A DNA stretch of 63,415 nt, filler included, from Folioceros fuciformis (Eukaryota), in NCBI GenBank assembly GCA_049999805.1. It is 13 parts of 13 records of this genome, joined end to end, with 100 filler letters (N's around TTAATTAATTAA, not from the genome) between each part and the next. Parts side by side here need not be neighbours in the genome. Positions count along the whole stretch, not along the records: positions 22,689 to 52,421 come from JBNGIO010005538.1; positions 52,522 to 53,524 come from JBNGIO010005539.1; positions 53,625 to 56,554 come from JBNGIO010005540.1; positions 56,655 to 57,684 come from JBNGIO010005541.1; positions 57,785 to 59,140 come from JBNGIO010005542.1; 8 more parts are not named here. The stretch is one strand, 5' to 3'. Below are positions 48,076 to 59,140 of this stretch, piece after piece. Within the stretch, counting starts at the first letter, position 1. Every line of letters starts with the position of its first letter. The notes beneath the pieces are model-generated. The model ran no database searches. It saw nothing but the letters and a program-made list of their open reading frames with translations, and was not told the DNA's origin. Made by a program: the position numbers and the translations under genes.

Positions 48076-51000
48076 GAGGGGAGGGTGCACTATTTTAGGA
48101 TTTTCACCTTAGGTATCTTCGGGAGTATACCCCAAGATGCCATTTTCACAATTGTCCGGTTTGGGTATTGTCCAAAAACGGATTTTTTCCTACATTGGAT
48201 ACTGAGATCTCTCTAGAGTTTTTTCTTAGGCACAATTCTTATTTTATATTCATCCATCCTTCACCATTCATTTACAGATTAGGGTTTGCTCATCTAGGGT
48301 TTTTTTTCGGGGTTCCTTCAACACATGCACAAGGCTGCAGAGCTACTAGCCTCCGGCATTAAGCACTGTGGCAATCATTGCCTCAAATGTAACTACGTTT
48401 TGGATTGAACCTAAGCCATGCCCACATCTCTCAAGCAAATGAACAGTAGAACCCTAATTGTTACTTTAGAAACCAAGTGAAGCCGTATTCCTTATGAGAA
48501 AGTTGTTGAAGAAACCAAGCAAAGCTTAATTTCTTTTCTACCACTGCCTACGAATTCCTCACGGCCAGGTGATGCATTCTTCCAGCACACAAGAATGGCC
48601 CTCAGCCCAACGAATCAAGCAAGATACCTACTTCAATGGGCATTAGCCCATGTGCATCTAGCACACTACATCCAAGAAGGGGCCTCAGTTGTCGAGCTTA
48701 AGTTTTGCTAGCTGCAACAAAGGGTCACTACATGAATCACGACAACTACAAGAATCAAGCAAGCCTAACGCATCACCCATCCTAGGGTCATGGCTCCATG
48801 TCCATTGATCAAGTCCCTCACGAACCCTTGCACTTCACCCCAAGTCTTGCCGCCACGCATTCCTTCTACACAAACATTCTAACTGCGCCCACCAGATGTA
48901 CTGATTGCCTCCAATTCGTGAGTTCCGCCCTCCACTGCATATTCCTCTAGCCTTAGCCTCTCCCCACCTGCTGGTTAGGGTCCTCCTACCAGAATGCTTG
49001 GTGCATCGCGATGTGTGGGTGCGCAGTCGCTTACACTGCTAGTGTCAACAATATGAACTTAGCCCGTTTCATCTTTTTCAACCATGCCTGCAACAACAAA
49101 TGACAGGTGAGACTGCAGGAGTGGCACCATCCCATTTCTAGTGTGACTATTGCCACAAGGTGTCAAGACCTACTTACTTCAGGTTTGACTGTAGTGTCGC
49201 CTTCACATTCATGCATATCAGCTATAACAGCTGGGATGGCTATTGCGGAGCAGCGTAGCACTGCTCCGCAAAATGTCACAAGGTTAACTCCAAACATAGA
49301 ATGCAGAATTCAGTCGGAACCAATCATCACTGGGTAAAAGAATTGCACACCCGCAACGTGTAAATGTGTTGTCATCGGAGCCTTGCTTCATGGCACCATG
49401 ATCAACATCAAGACGCTTCTTGGAAACGATACCATTCTTGTGCTGGAGCTCATCGTACCAAGCATCGACGCTACGTGCTATGCTCTCCACATCACGCATC
49501 CAGCATCCTACCTAAAACAAAGGGCCTCAGCCCTCGCGTCCAGTGATCAACTCCCTCATGGCTTGTGGCACTTCACCAAGGCCTCGCCGCCGAGCATTTG
49601 CTCTAGGAAACAAGTTGCATCCACCATAATCGCAGCACAAACAACAATCCTATCCTCCAGCAATCGTACGCAGGTCTTCAAACAGTCCATCCTACACACA
49701 AGCAGAGCAAATACCACAATGTAATCTTTGAGATGCAAGGTTTCACTACAAAAAAAAAAAGAGCAAGCATCACTGTAGCAAAGAAGTGTCTTCCTCCCTC
49801 AGCATCTGCTACTCAGTCATCTATCCCTCTCCCTAGCATAGCCTACCTAGCCTACTCTAGCCATCCATCCCTCGCATATTCTATGCCTAGCCTACTCTAG
49901 CAACTCCACGACCTGCTTCACATCCTCCACCTTCGCTGTGAGTTGTCGCAGCCTCTCCTTCAACTTGCCCAGCCCCGATTGCATGCTAGCCTTAAGTGAA
50001 TCTAGCCCCACCTGCAGCCCTCCTTCCAAGCTTGCCACAGCTCCCTCCATGGGCTGCAGCCCTCACATCACTTCTCTCACAATAGCCTCGCAGTCGGCTA
50101 TCCCTCCAGCCGATCGCCATCTGACAATTCCTCTTACTACAGCAGCCCATGGGCATTGCGCCGCTACGTCCTGCTCATCCTTGCCCGACGAGGCCACCTC
50201 CGAAGATGATGCCTCTCACGGCCACTTCAGGGTGCAGCTCTTGGGCCGAGCTGACTCCACACTATGGCCTGCCTCCCCTTCTGACTACATCTCTTGTGAC
50301 TGACCAAGGATTGGAGGCCTCTTGATAGGTTGCCCACCCACAAGCGATTGGTGCCGCACACTTGCCTCTCGCAGCAGCCTACGGCGCTCATTTGATCCGC
50401 AGCTTAGTCTTCACAGTCGTCGCTGTAGTTCCTGCCTTTGCTGCACGTCCAGATACCTCCACCTGTTGAAAAGGCCATTTGCATCGTGCACAGCCTTCCT
50501 TAGCCTTCTAGGTTTGTTCCAATCACACTTTCCTATTGCGATAGCTGCAACGATTCCAAGTGTTGCCTCTGCAACACAAGCCTCATCGGTCGCTGCTTCA
50601 TCAAGGCACATGGCCTCTAGATCTACAATCCATTGGGCCCCACCACCGTCCTCAACTTCGCAACCTGCAGCGTCCTCCTATCCTCCACTCTTGCCACATT
50701 CCGCGGCCTTCTCTCCTCCGCAGTCTACTCCGGTGTCTATAGCTCCTGCAAGGCCGCTGCCATCCTATGCATGGCCCTACAAGGTTCCCTACCAGCAAGG
50801 GGATGCCTACCCTAAGGCTGCCATCCCCTCCCCCGCTGCATCCTTGCAGTCTCGGGTGTTGCTCGCCCCATCCTACTGCCCTACAGCCACAATAAGAATG
50901 ACAATCCCTTCCCCTGTGCCACCTTGCAAGGGCGGCCTTGGTGTTGCCCCTACCACCCCCTGTGCCGCCTTGCAGGCTTCCAGGGCTACCCTCCCTTCGC

Positions 51001-51259
51001 AAGGAGTCATGGCGACTCCAACCCCGCCATTGCCCCCTTGCATGTCCAATGAGCCCTCTTGCAACCCTATGGCTGCCATCACCCTTCACTCCTGCCCTCA
51101 TGCTGCCCTTGCCCTCCGCGACTGCTCATCCTCTACGCCTCCCCTTGGACTGCTTTCCCCCTCTGTATTTGCCTTGGGGTTGCCATTGCCCTCCACACCT
51201 CCGTAGGGCCCGCCATTGCCCTGTGCGCTTGCCCCTGGGCTGCCATCGCCCTTTGCGCC

Positions 51260-52421
51260 TGTTAAGAGACCTACCAGGTCTTGGTAACCACGTCATTAGA
51301 TTAGGGTTGATAATATATTTACCATGATTAGCCTTGATTAATGAGCCCTAATATGAAGAGACACTTTACTTACGTATTTAAACATTTTTGTTAATTGTAA
51401 TGTATTATTCTTTTGCCTACCATTGTTTTGATTTTCTCAAGCTCTCCGCTCTAGAAAACTCTAGAAAACTCGAAAACCCTGCATGCTCAAATGGCAAAAC
51501 AGACGCGACTGGTGAAGCAACTTTTCAGAGGCAAGGGATTTCTCTGTAACCGCTACAGCTGGTTCGCGGCTTCGCCGGCTTGCTACCTTGCACACCACCT
51601 CGCAACCGTTCGCCCCCGTCTTGCGCTTGATTTTTTTTCTTCCCGAAACTCTGCATGCTCCGCGCTGGTCTACACAATCGATCAGCGCGAATCAGTTTTT
51701 CAACATCCACCTTTGAGAATCAAGCCTGTTAACTGCTTGCGTGCGCGATGAACACCACGCAGAGTTCTGCAGGGCTCCTCTTTGGCGTGGGGACTGGAAA
51801 CGTCTCCTCCGCCGTGAGTTCTGCAACTCCAGGCAGCATTGCTGTGCCACCGCCGCCATCTTCCTCTACGTCAGGTCCAGCGCAGGGTGCAGGTGGAGCT
51901 TCCGCCTCTACCTCTGGTGCTGCCACTACCTTTGGCGTTTTTCCAAACCCCTACACAAGCCTTTATGCAGGACTTGGTGGCCTTGGCAACTGGTATTCTG
52001 GGCTTGCCGGTGCCAGTGGTGGATCAGGTGGCAGTGGCGGACCACCCAATCCTCCACCACCTCTGCCCGTACCACCACGTAATCCGCCTGCACAAGCAAC
52101 CTCAGGCTCGCCTGCTGCTCAAGCTCACATTTATCAGCCGGCGTACACCATTGAATTCAAAGAACGTGACTGATTCAATGGTACAAAATACCAGGTGTGG
52201 AGTGTCCGGATGCAAGCTGCCCTTGATGCCAGGCATGTCTGGGGAGTTGTGAATGGCCAGATTCCACAACCCTCACCTAACGCCACACAAGATGACAAGG
52301 ACCGATGGATGAATGCAAATAACGTCGCTCGTGCCCTGCTCATCAGTGGGTTAGATGAGGTACTTGTTCCCGATGTAGCTTACCTTTTTAAGGCCGAGGA
52401 CATCTGGAATCAGCTGTCACA
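51260..52421 (+). mobile_element. Copia 5' end: probable LTR, leader and gag start
   Basis: TGTTAAG.. AT-rich LTR-like block; FNGTKYQVWSVRMQAALDARHVWGVVNG gag motif. Confidence 0.65.
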
Positions 52422-52722
52422 NNNNNNNNNNNNNNNNNNNNNNNNNNNNNNNNNNNNNNNNNNNNTTAATTAATTAANNNNNNNNNNNNNNNNNNNNNNN
52501 NNNNNNNNNNNNNNNNNNNNNAGGACTTTCAAGTGTTTCTTAACACTTTTGGAGCTCATAATCTTGAGATATAAGGTTGGAAGCACTACCTAAGGTTAAA
52601 AGTGCTGGTTTGCATTGCTACATGCATTTAAAAACTTAAAATAATCCCCTAAAATCATTTTGAAACTCCATTGGCCGATTATCACCTTTGTGGCACGTTG
52701 AGTGAGTGGGAGGTTGCATTCC

Positions 52723-53524
52723 ATGGCATCTAGTGAGGGCGAGGGACTTGGAATGGTTGACAAGTTCCATGGCGAGAACTTCAACCTTTACAAGTTCAAG
52801 TTGGAGATGTTTTTGGCGGCCAAGGATCTATGGGAGATTGCGGACGGCTCGGAGGAGGCACCGCCATCTACCGCAAGCGACACGAACAAGAAGGCGTACG
52901 ATCGCCGATGCAAGAAGGCCTTCGCCATCATTGCGACGAGCTTGGCCGACAAGGTGTTGGCGCACGTGAAGGGGTGTAAGGGACCCGCGGAAGCGTGGAA
53001 GACTTTGTGCAAGGTCATTAGGTAGCCGTCGCATTCGAACATCCTTTTCATTCGCCGCAAGTTCTTCACCATCAAGATGGAGGAGGGCGACGACATGCTC
53101 GACCACATCAACAAGGTCAAGTCGCTCGCCGACGAGCTCGCATGTTTGGACGTGCCGATGAAGGGCGAGGACATCGCCATGACGTTGTTGGATAGCCTCC
53201 CGCCTTCGTACGAGCATTTGATCACGGCGTTGGAGACCCGCGACATTTCCGACCTCACGGTGGACTACATCACCGCACGGCTCATGCACGAGGTGTCCAA
53301 GCGCAAGGACAAGGAGCCGCAAGGCGTGGACGCGGCCATGGTGTCGAGGTTCCCGCGGCCGAACGACAACAACCAACGACGGCCGAGCAACCCGATTCGG
53401 TGCTTCAATTGCGGTAAGTTGGGCCATATCGCACGTCATTGTCGGAGCGAACGTAAGGCTAATGCAAACATGGCAAGGTCGAGCGATGATTTTGCATTTG
53501 TAACCACGGATGGACCATCTAAGG
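52723..53524 (+). mobile_element. Ty1/copia gag (disrupted)
   Basis: DKFHGENFNLYKFKLEM, LLDSLPPSYE, CFNCGKLGHIARHC. Confidence 0.9.
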
Positions 53525-53699
53525 NNNNNNNNNNNNNNNNNNNNNNNNNNNNNNNNNNNNNNNNNNNNTTAATTAATTAANNNNNNNNNNNNNNNNNNNN
53601 NNNNNNNNNNNNNNNNNNNNNNNNTAGTACAAACTCAATAAGCTGGATTAGCACTAATTAATATCAACATTAATCATGCTTAACAGGGGTGACATCTCA

Positions 53700-55570
53700 A
53701 CAGAAGCCTCCATGGCCAAAAGGCCAAACCCCCCCAAAGGTGACTGTAAAAACATCATTTCACTATTACAAAAAGCAACATATAGTGGGCTACATTGTAG
53801 TAGTGCAAACCAATATACAACTATATGAGATCTAGCTATCTTAGAAAGTTGGATCTTCAAAATGAATCCATACCTGAAACTCAAGATGGTCCAACCCGAT
53901 GCACAAGCAATGGCGGTTGTTTAAGAATTGGAAGGTCCAGCTCTATTGTGGTGGCAAGAAAAAAAGCAGTCGATAGTAGATGCAAGAGCAAGTTATTTCG
54001 GTAATCTAGACTTTGGCACAATTGTCTCAAGAATTGAGTTAGCAGTTAACCCCTAAGGAGTCATCTAGATTGGCACACACAATAAGCTAGCAAAGTTGGT
54101 GCAAAAGGGGTTAGTCTCATTGTATGCAAATGAATTTATTGCAATATCCCTTGAAATTCCTAATAGGATCAAGGACAAATTGGTGGACAAATACATACAA
54201 AGTCTTAAAAAAAGCATCATCAAGGATATGGAGACAAGGACGGACATGTCATCATTGCAAGATGTTGTTAGGGTGGTTGAATGCTTGGATGCACACATGA
54301 GCATTGCCACGTCACCATGGTTTCCGTGAAGAACTTATGATTCGGCCCAAGCAGCTCTTGGAACAATGGTAAGCAATAGTCCTAGTACATCACAAGTTGT
54401 ACTTATGGAACTAGGCGCCACCCGGTTCTAAGGCCGATGTTTTGTGTATGTAGTACGTGTATGGAGTTAGTGAAAGGAGATCTACAAGCCTACTTGTGTG
54501 TGGTAAGATTTATCTCCAAGAAAAGCTCATCTCTTGATATTGTCACAAGAGACATATGAGGTCAAGGCAATTCTACAAGAATATGACATTTTAATTTGCA
54601 ACACAATAAAAGCACAACACCTTGCACTTTTAAGGTAGGTAGGTCCTTAGAGACTTTGTTAGCCAAAACTATATGCGAATTTCCCAAAGTTTGCCTTCCT
54701 ACTCGTAGAGGTAGAGTACTTGGGACATGTTATATCGGCACAAGGTGTGTACATGGACATTAGAAAAATACTTGCAACAAAAAGATCCTCAATTTCCACA
54801 ATAGTGTTGTAGCTTTGATCATTTTTAAGTCTAACGTATTACAATAGGTGGCTTATCAATGGCATATAACAACAACATTCATAGACCTACTAAAGGGAGG
54901 GGTAGCTTGGAGGTGGGTACTAAGATGGTGTGCTTAGCATCCACATCGGACAACTACTTGAGCTATAGAGGTGACTAGATTATACCTCACCCATGTGTAC
55001 AGATATCACAGGCTTCCTACCACTATCATCTAATTTAGATGTTTTTTCTTTTGGACCTTTGGCAAAACTTGCACAAGGGCTAGGAATAAAAATATCATTT
55101 TCATCAATGCTTCACCCTCAAACCAATGGTTTCACAAAATGCATGAAGCACAAATATATTGTAGAGATAGTTCTTATAGCCTACGTTGGATAAATACCAG
55201 CAATCCTAGGAGGAATTCCTATACCTTGTAGGATTTTCTTGCAATAACGTGGTCAACACCTCCGCCATCTTTATCTCATTCTACATATTATATGCCTTGC
55301 ACCCCCCAAACCACACTCACTACTACTGTACCTACCCTGCACAACCAAATTGTAGTAGGCACTATCCATTACCGAGCACAAATTCTACAGGAACCTCATA
55401 TAACACTACTACAAGGCCAAAATTTAACACCATAGTATTTGAAGAGTTGGAGTATACACTAAGCGGATTTTGTGTGCGTTATATGCTAAAGTAAGGTTTG
55501 ACTTAGGTCCACAATGGATTGTTCAATGGTGTTGTAAGGAGACCATATTCAAAATTTTGGTGTTCTCCAT
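53700..55570 (+). mobile_element. Highly degraded Ty3/gypsy remnant
   Basis: VEYLGHVISAQGV near 54712-54750 (RT) and HPQTNG near 55113 (integrase) amid stops. Confidence 0.6.
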
Positions 55571-55578
55571 TGCAAAGT

Positions 55579-56137
55579 TGTTGAGATGAAGTCCCCGCCA
55601 TGCTAAGATAGCGTTAGAACTAGGTTAGAAAACCAAGATGCAGAATCTCAAATTACGAGCGCTTAAACAAGGCTCTAAAACAAAATAAATTGGGGAACTC
55701 CAAAGCTCTCAAAACAACAGCATAATACAAGAAACAAGGGTGGGGGTTAGACCACACGAACTAGGTGTTAGGAGTGATTAGTGCTGAGAGTAATTAGTGA
55801 TAATCCAGCTTATTGAGTTTGCTTAATTAGTGCGCTAAGAGTGATTAGCATTTAGGGTGTTTTAGGGTTGGGAGCATTTATCCCATATTGGACATGAAAT
55901 AAGAGTGCCACCCTTAGGTCCATAAAAGGAGGAATGAACCAACCTAGTTTGTGTGGTCTAACCCCCACCCTCGTTACTTGTATTATGCTGTTGTTTTGAA
56001 AGCTTTTGAGTTCCCCAATTTATTTTGTTTTAAAGCCTTGTTTAAGCGCTCGTAATTTGGTAATTTGAGATTCTTCATCTTGGTTTCCTAACCTAGTTCT
56101 AACGCTATCCTAGCATGGCGGGGACTTCATCTCAACA
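55579..56137 (+). repeat. Copia 5' LTR that is a long palindrome
   Basis: TGTTGAGATG..CATCTCAACA; arm 55579-55766 is the near-perfect reverse complement of 55942-56137. Confidence 0.85.
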
Positions 56138-56151
56138 GGTTATGGGCCCAC
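56138..56151 (+). promoter_or_regulatory. Half-tRNAiMet primer binding site
   Basis: GGTTATGGGCCCAC directly after CA; complementary to the iMet anticodon arm. Confidence 0.85.
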
Positions 56152-56177
56152 ACACGCAAGGGACCGTCACCCTGCAA

Positions 56178-56554
56178 GTGATTTCCAAGTTTGGAGGCGA
56201 CAACTTCAACTTGTGGAAATTCAAGATGCGAAAAAGGCCTTTGGGGAATTGTGTCGGGGACTGAAGTGCATCCTGTGTGTCGGGGACTGAAGTGCATCCT
56301 CTGTGTCGGGGATTGAAGTGCATCCCGTTGAACCTGTCTCATTCTAAGTGGGATGAGACAGCCCAAGTGGGATGAGTATGCAGGCAAGGCATTTGCAAAC
56401 ATTTGTTTCAATTTGCAAACATTTGTTTCAACCTTGCAAACATTTGTTTCAACCTCGACGATGCACAATTTGTTGAGATTGTTGAGATGTCACCCCCGCC
56501 ATGCTCAAAGGAGGTTAAAACAAGTTAGTTGAAGCAAGATGCAGAATCCCAAAA
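56178..56554 (+). mobile_element. Decayed copia gag start interrupted by a related LTR
   Basis: ISKFGGDNFNLWKFKMR, GLWGIVSGTE, KAFANICFNLDDAQ; new TGTTGAGATG..CCCGCCATGCT at ~56480. Confidence 0.7.
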
Positions 56555-56654
56555 NNNNNNNNNNNNNNNNNNNNNNNNNNNNNNNNNNNNNNNNNNNNTT
56601 AATTAATTAANNNNNNNNNNNNNNNNNNNNNNNNNNNNNNNNNNNNNNNNNNNN

Positions 56655-57684
56655 CCAAAAATTAATACAAATGTCTAAGGGAAAATTTTATAGAACTCCC
56701 TATCTATCAAAAATCCAGCACCTACCTTGGTGTGAGGCTTGTTTTACTACTAAACAACACCAAGCCCCTTTTAAGAACAACTCACCACAGAGGGCCAAGT
56801 TCCCCCTTGAGCTTGTTCACACAGACATTTGTGGTCCCATTTCTACACCCTCCTTTAGTGGAAGTAGATATTTTTTGACCTTCACAGACGACTATTCCCG
56901 TTTCGTTCTTACCTATATTATTAAACACAAAAGTGATGCTTATCATTTTTTTAAGGATTATATGGCATGGGCAGAACGACTCACTGAACGGAAACTTAAA
57001 ACTTTACGTTCTGATAATGGAGGAGAATTTACCTCCCAAGCATTTTTTGATTATTGTCGGGTTGAAGGCATAGCCCAGCAATTTTCCATTGCTTATACTC
57101 CTCAGCAAAATGGTGTGGCCGAGAATAAAAATCTACGTTTACACGAAATCACTGGATGCTTATTATCTCAAGCTAAATTACCTAAGATTTATCGGGCTGA
57201 AGCCATTCTTACTGCCACTTATCTTCTGAATAGATTACCTACCTCTGCTGTAAAGAACATGACTCCATATGAAGCTTTTATTGGTCGCAAGCCCTCGATT
57301 GAGCACCTTCGTATTTTTGGCTTCCAATTTGCTGCTTGCTTTTATTCCTCCTGCACAACGCAAGAAATTTGATCCAAAAGCTGTCCAATATAAGTTTATT
57401 GGCTAAACTGAAGGCATCAAAGGCTATAAATTATTTGACCCCTTTAATCATAAGCTTCTATATGCTCGTAGTGTGACCTTTAATGAGTCTGCCCTTCTCT
57501 TACCTTCAGTGGGAGGATCTGTCGATTTTCCTTCACTCTCGGCTACTCCCACACCATTTCCTTTTGATAACGAAGATTCCTCTATTTTTCCTGATGATGA
57601 TCCCCTTAATCACTTCCCTTTTCCTTCTTCTCGTGTTGTCCCTGATTTGCAGGAGGAGGAGGAGTCAGTCCCCCTACGACGACC
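56655..57684 (+). mobile_element. Ty1/copia integrase fragment
   Basis: CEAC, VHTDICGP, LRSDNGGEF, PQQNGVAE. Confidence 0.92.
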
Positions 57685-57784
57685 NNNNNNNNNNNNNNNN
57701 NNNNNNNNNNNNNNNNNNNNNNNNNNNNTTAATTAATTAANNNNNNNNNNNNNNNNNNNNNNNNNNNNNNNNNNNNNNNNNNNN

Positions 57785-59140
57785 TGTGGAAGATTGTGAG
57801 GAAGCCTTTGTGTGTGCAAATCATGCTTCTAACCAAGGCAAAAAGTGGTACATTGATTCTGGAGCTATGGAGCACATGACCAATCGGCGTGAGTGTTTTC
57901 ATTCTTTCAAGGTCATGTCTAGTACCAAGATCTATTTGGGTGACAATTCCGTCCAGATGTGTGAGGGAGAAGGTGTTGTGGTAGTGAACATGATCACACC
58001 TAATGGAGTTGTGCGTGGGATGTTGAAGAGGGTGCTTTACGTACCGTGCTTGGGAAAGAACTTGTTTTCCTTGAGTGCAGCCACTACTCAAGGATTGAGA
58101 GTAAGATTTGAAGAATGTGATGTCTTCTTCACCAATTCGCAAGACGAAGTAAGAGCACATGGAACAAAGATTGGCAAACTCTACTGCTTGAGTGGGAGAA
58201 TCATTATGCCGAGGTCGAGCGTTGAGGAAGCAAATGTGGTACAAAACAACACTAACAAATTGCTTTTATGGCACCAAAGACTTGGACATCTTGGTGTTCA
58301 AAACATCAAGCTCATGGACAGCAAGAAAATGGTGCAAGGACTCGATCTTGGAGGACAAGAAGATATTGGAGTTTGCAGAGGATGCATGATGGGTAAGCAA
58401 CACCGCTTTCCATTTCCAAAGCAAGGAAGTAGGTCCAATTATCTATTAGAGGTTGTGCATACAAACATTTGTGGCCCTATGAAGACTACATCCTTGGGAG
58501 GTGCCAAGTATTTTCTCACTTTCACGGATGATAAATCTAGGTACACTAAGGTGTATTTTTTGAAATCCAAGGAGTACAAGGATGAAATCCAAGGCTTCTC
58601 CAAATTCAAGGAGTACAAAGCATTTGTAGATAATCAAATCGGGAGAAAGATGAAGATTTTACGAAGCTACAATGGAGGGGAGTACATGTCCAAGGAATTC
58701 GAGATGTTTTGCAAAGAGCACGAAATCATCCATCAATTCTCGGCACCCTATAGCCCTCAGCAAAACGGAGTTGCAGAACGCAAAAACAGAACTTTGGTAT
58801 AATGTGGTAGAAGTATGTTGCACCATGGAGGATTGGGATATGAGTTTTGGGGTGAAGCTATTGCAACTGCTGTGTACCTAACAAACAGAAGTGCAAATGC
58901 ATCATTGGATGGCATCACACGAGAGGAGTGTTGGAGCGGAAGGAAGCCTTCCATAGCTCATTTGCATGTTTTTGGGTGTAGGGCATTTGTGCATAGACAC
59001 AAGGAGACAAGGACCAAGTTAGAAGCAAAGTCGATGGAGTGTACTTTTGTGGGTTATGATTTGGAAAGAAAAGCCTTTAGATTGTATGATAAGGGCTCCA
59101 AGCGTATCATCATTAGTAGGGATGTGATTTTTGATGAGGA
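57785..59140 (+). mobile_element. Ty1/copia protease-integrase fragment
   Basis: WYIDSGA, WHQRLGH..CRGC, PQQNGVAERKNRT, ISRDVIFDE. Confidence 0.93.

Noticed and set aside
50322-51206. 294-aa Pro/Ala/Ser-rich ORF
   Set aside because: Low-complexity C-rich DNA with no ATG start or domain; probably a repeat remnant.
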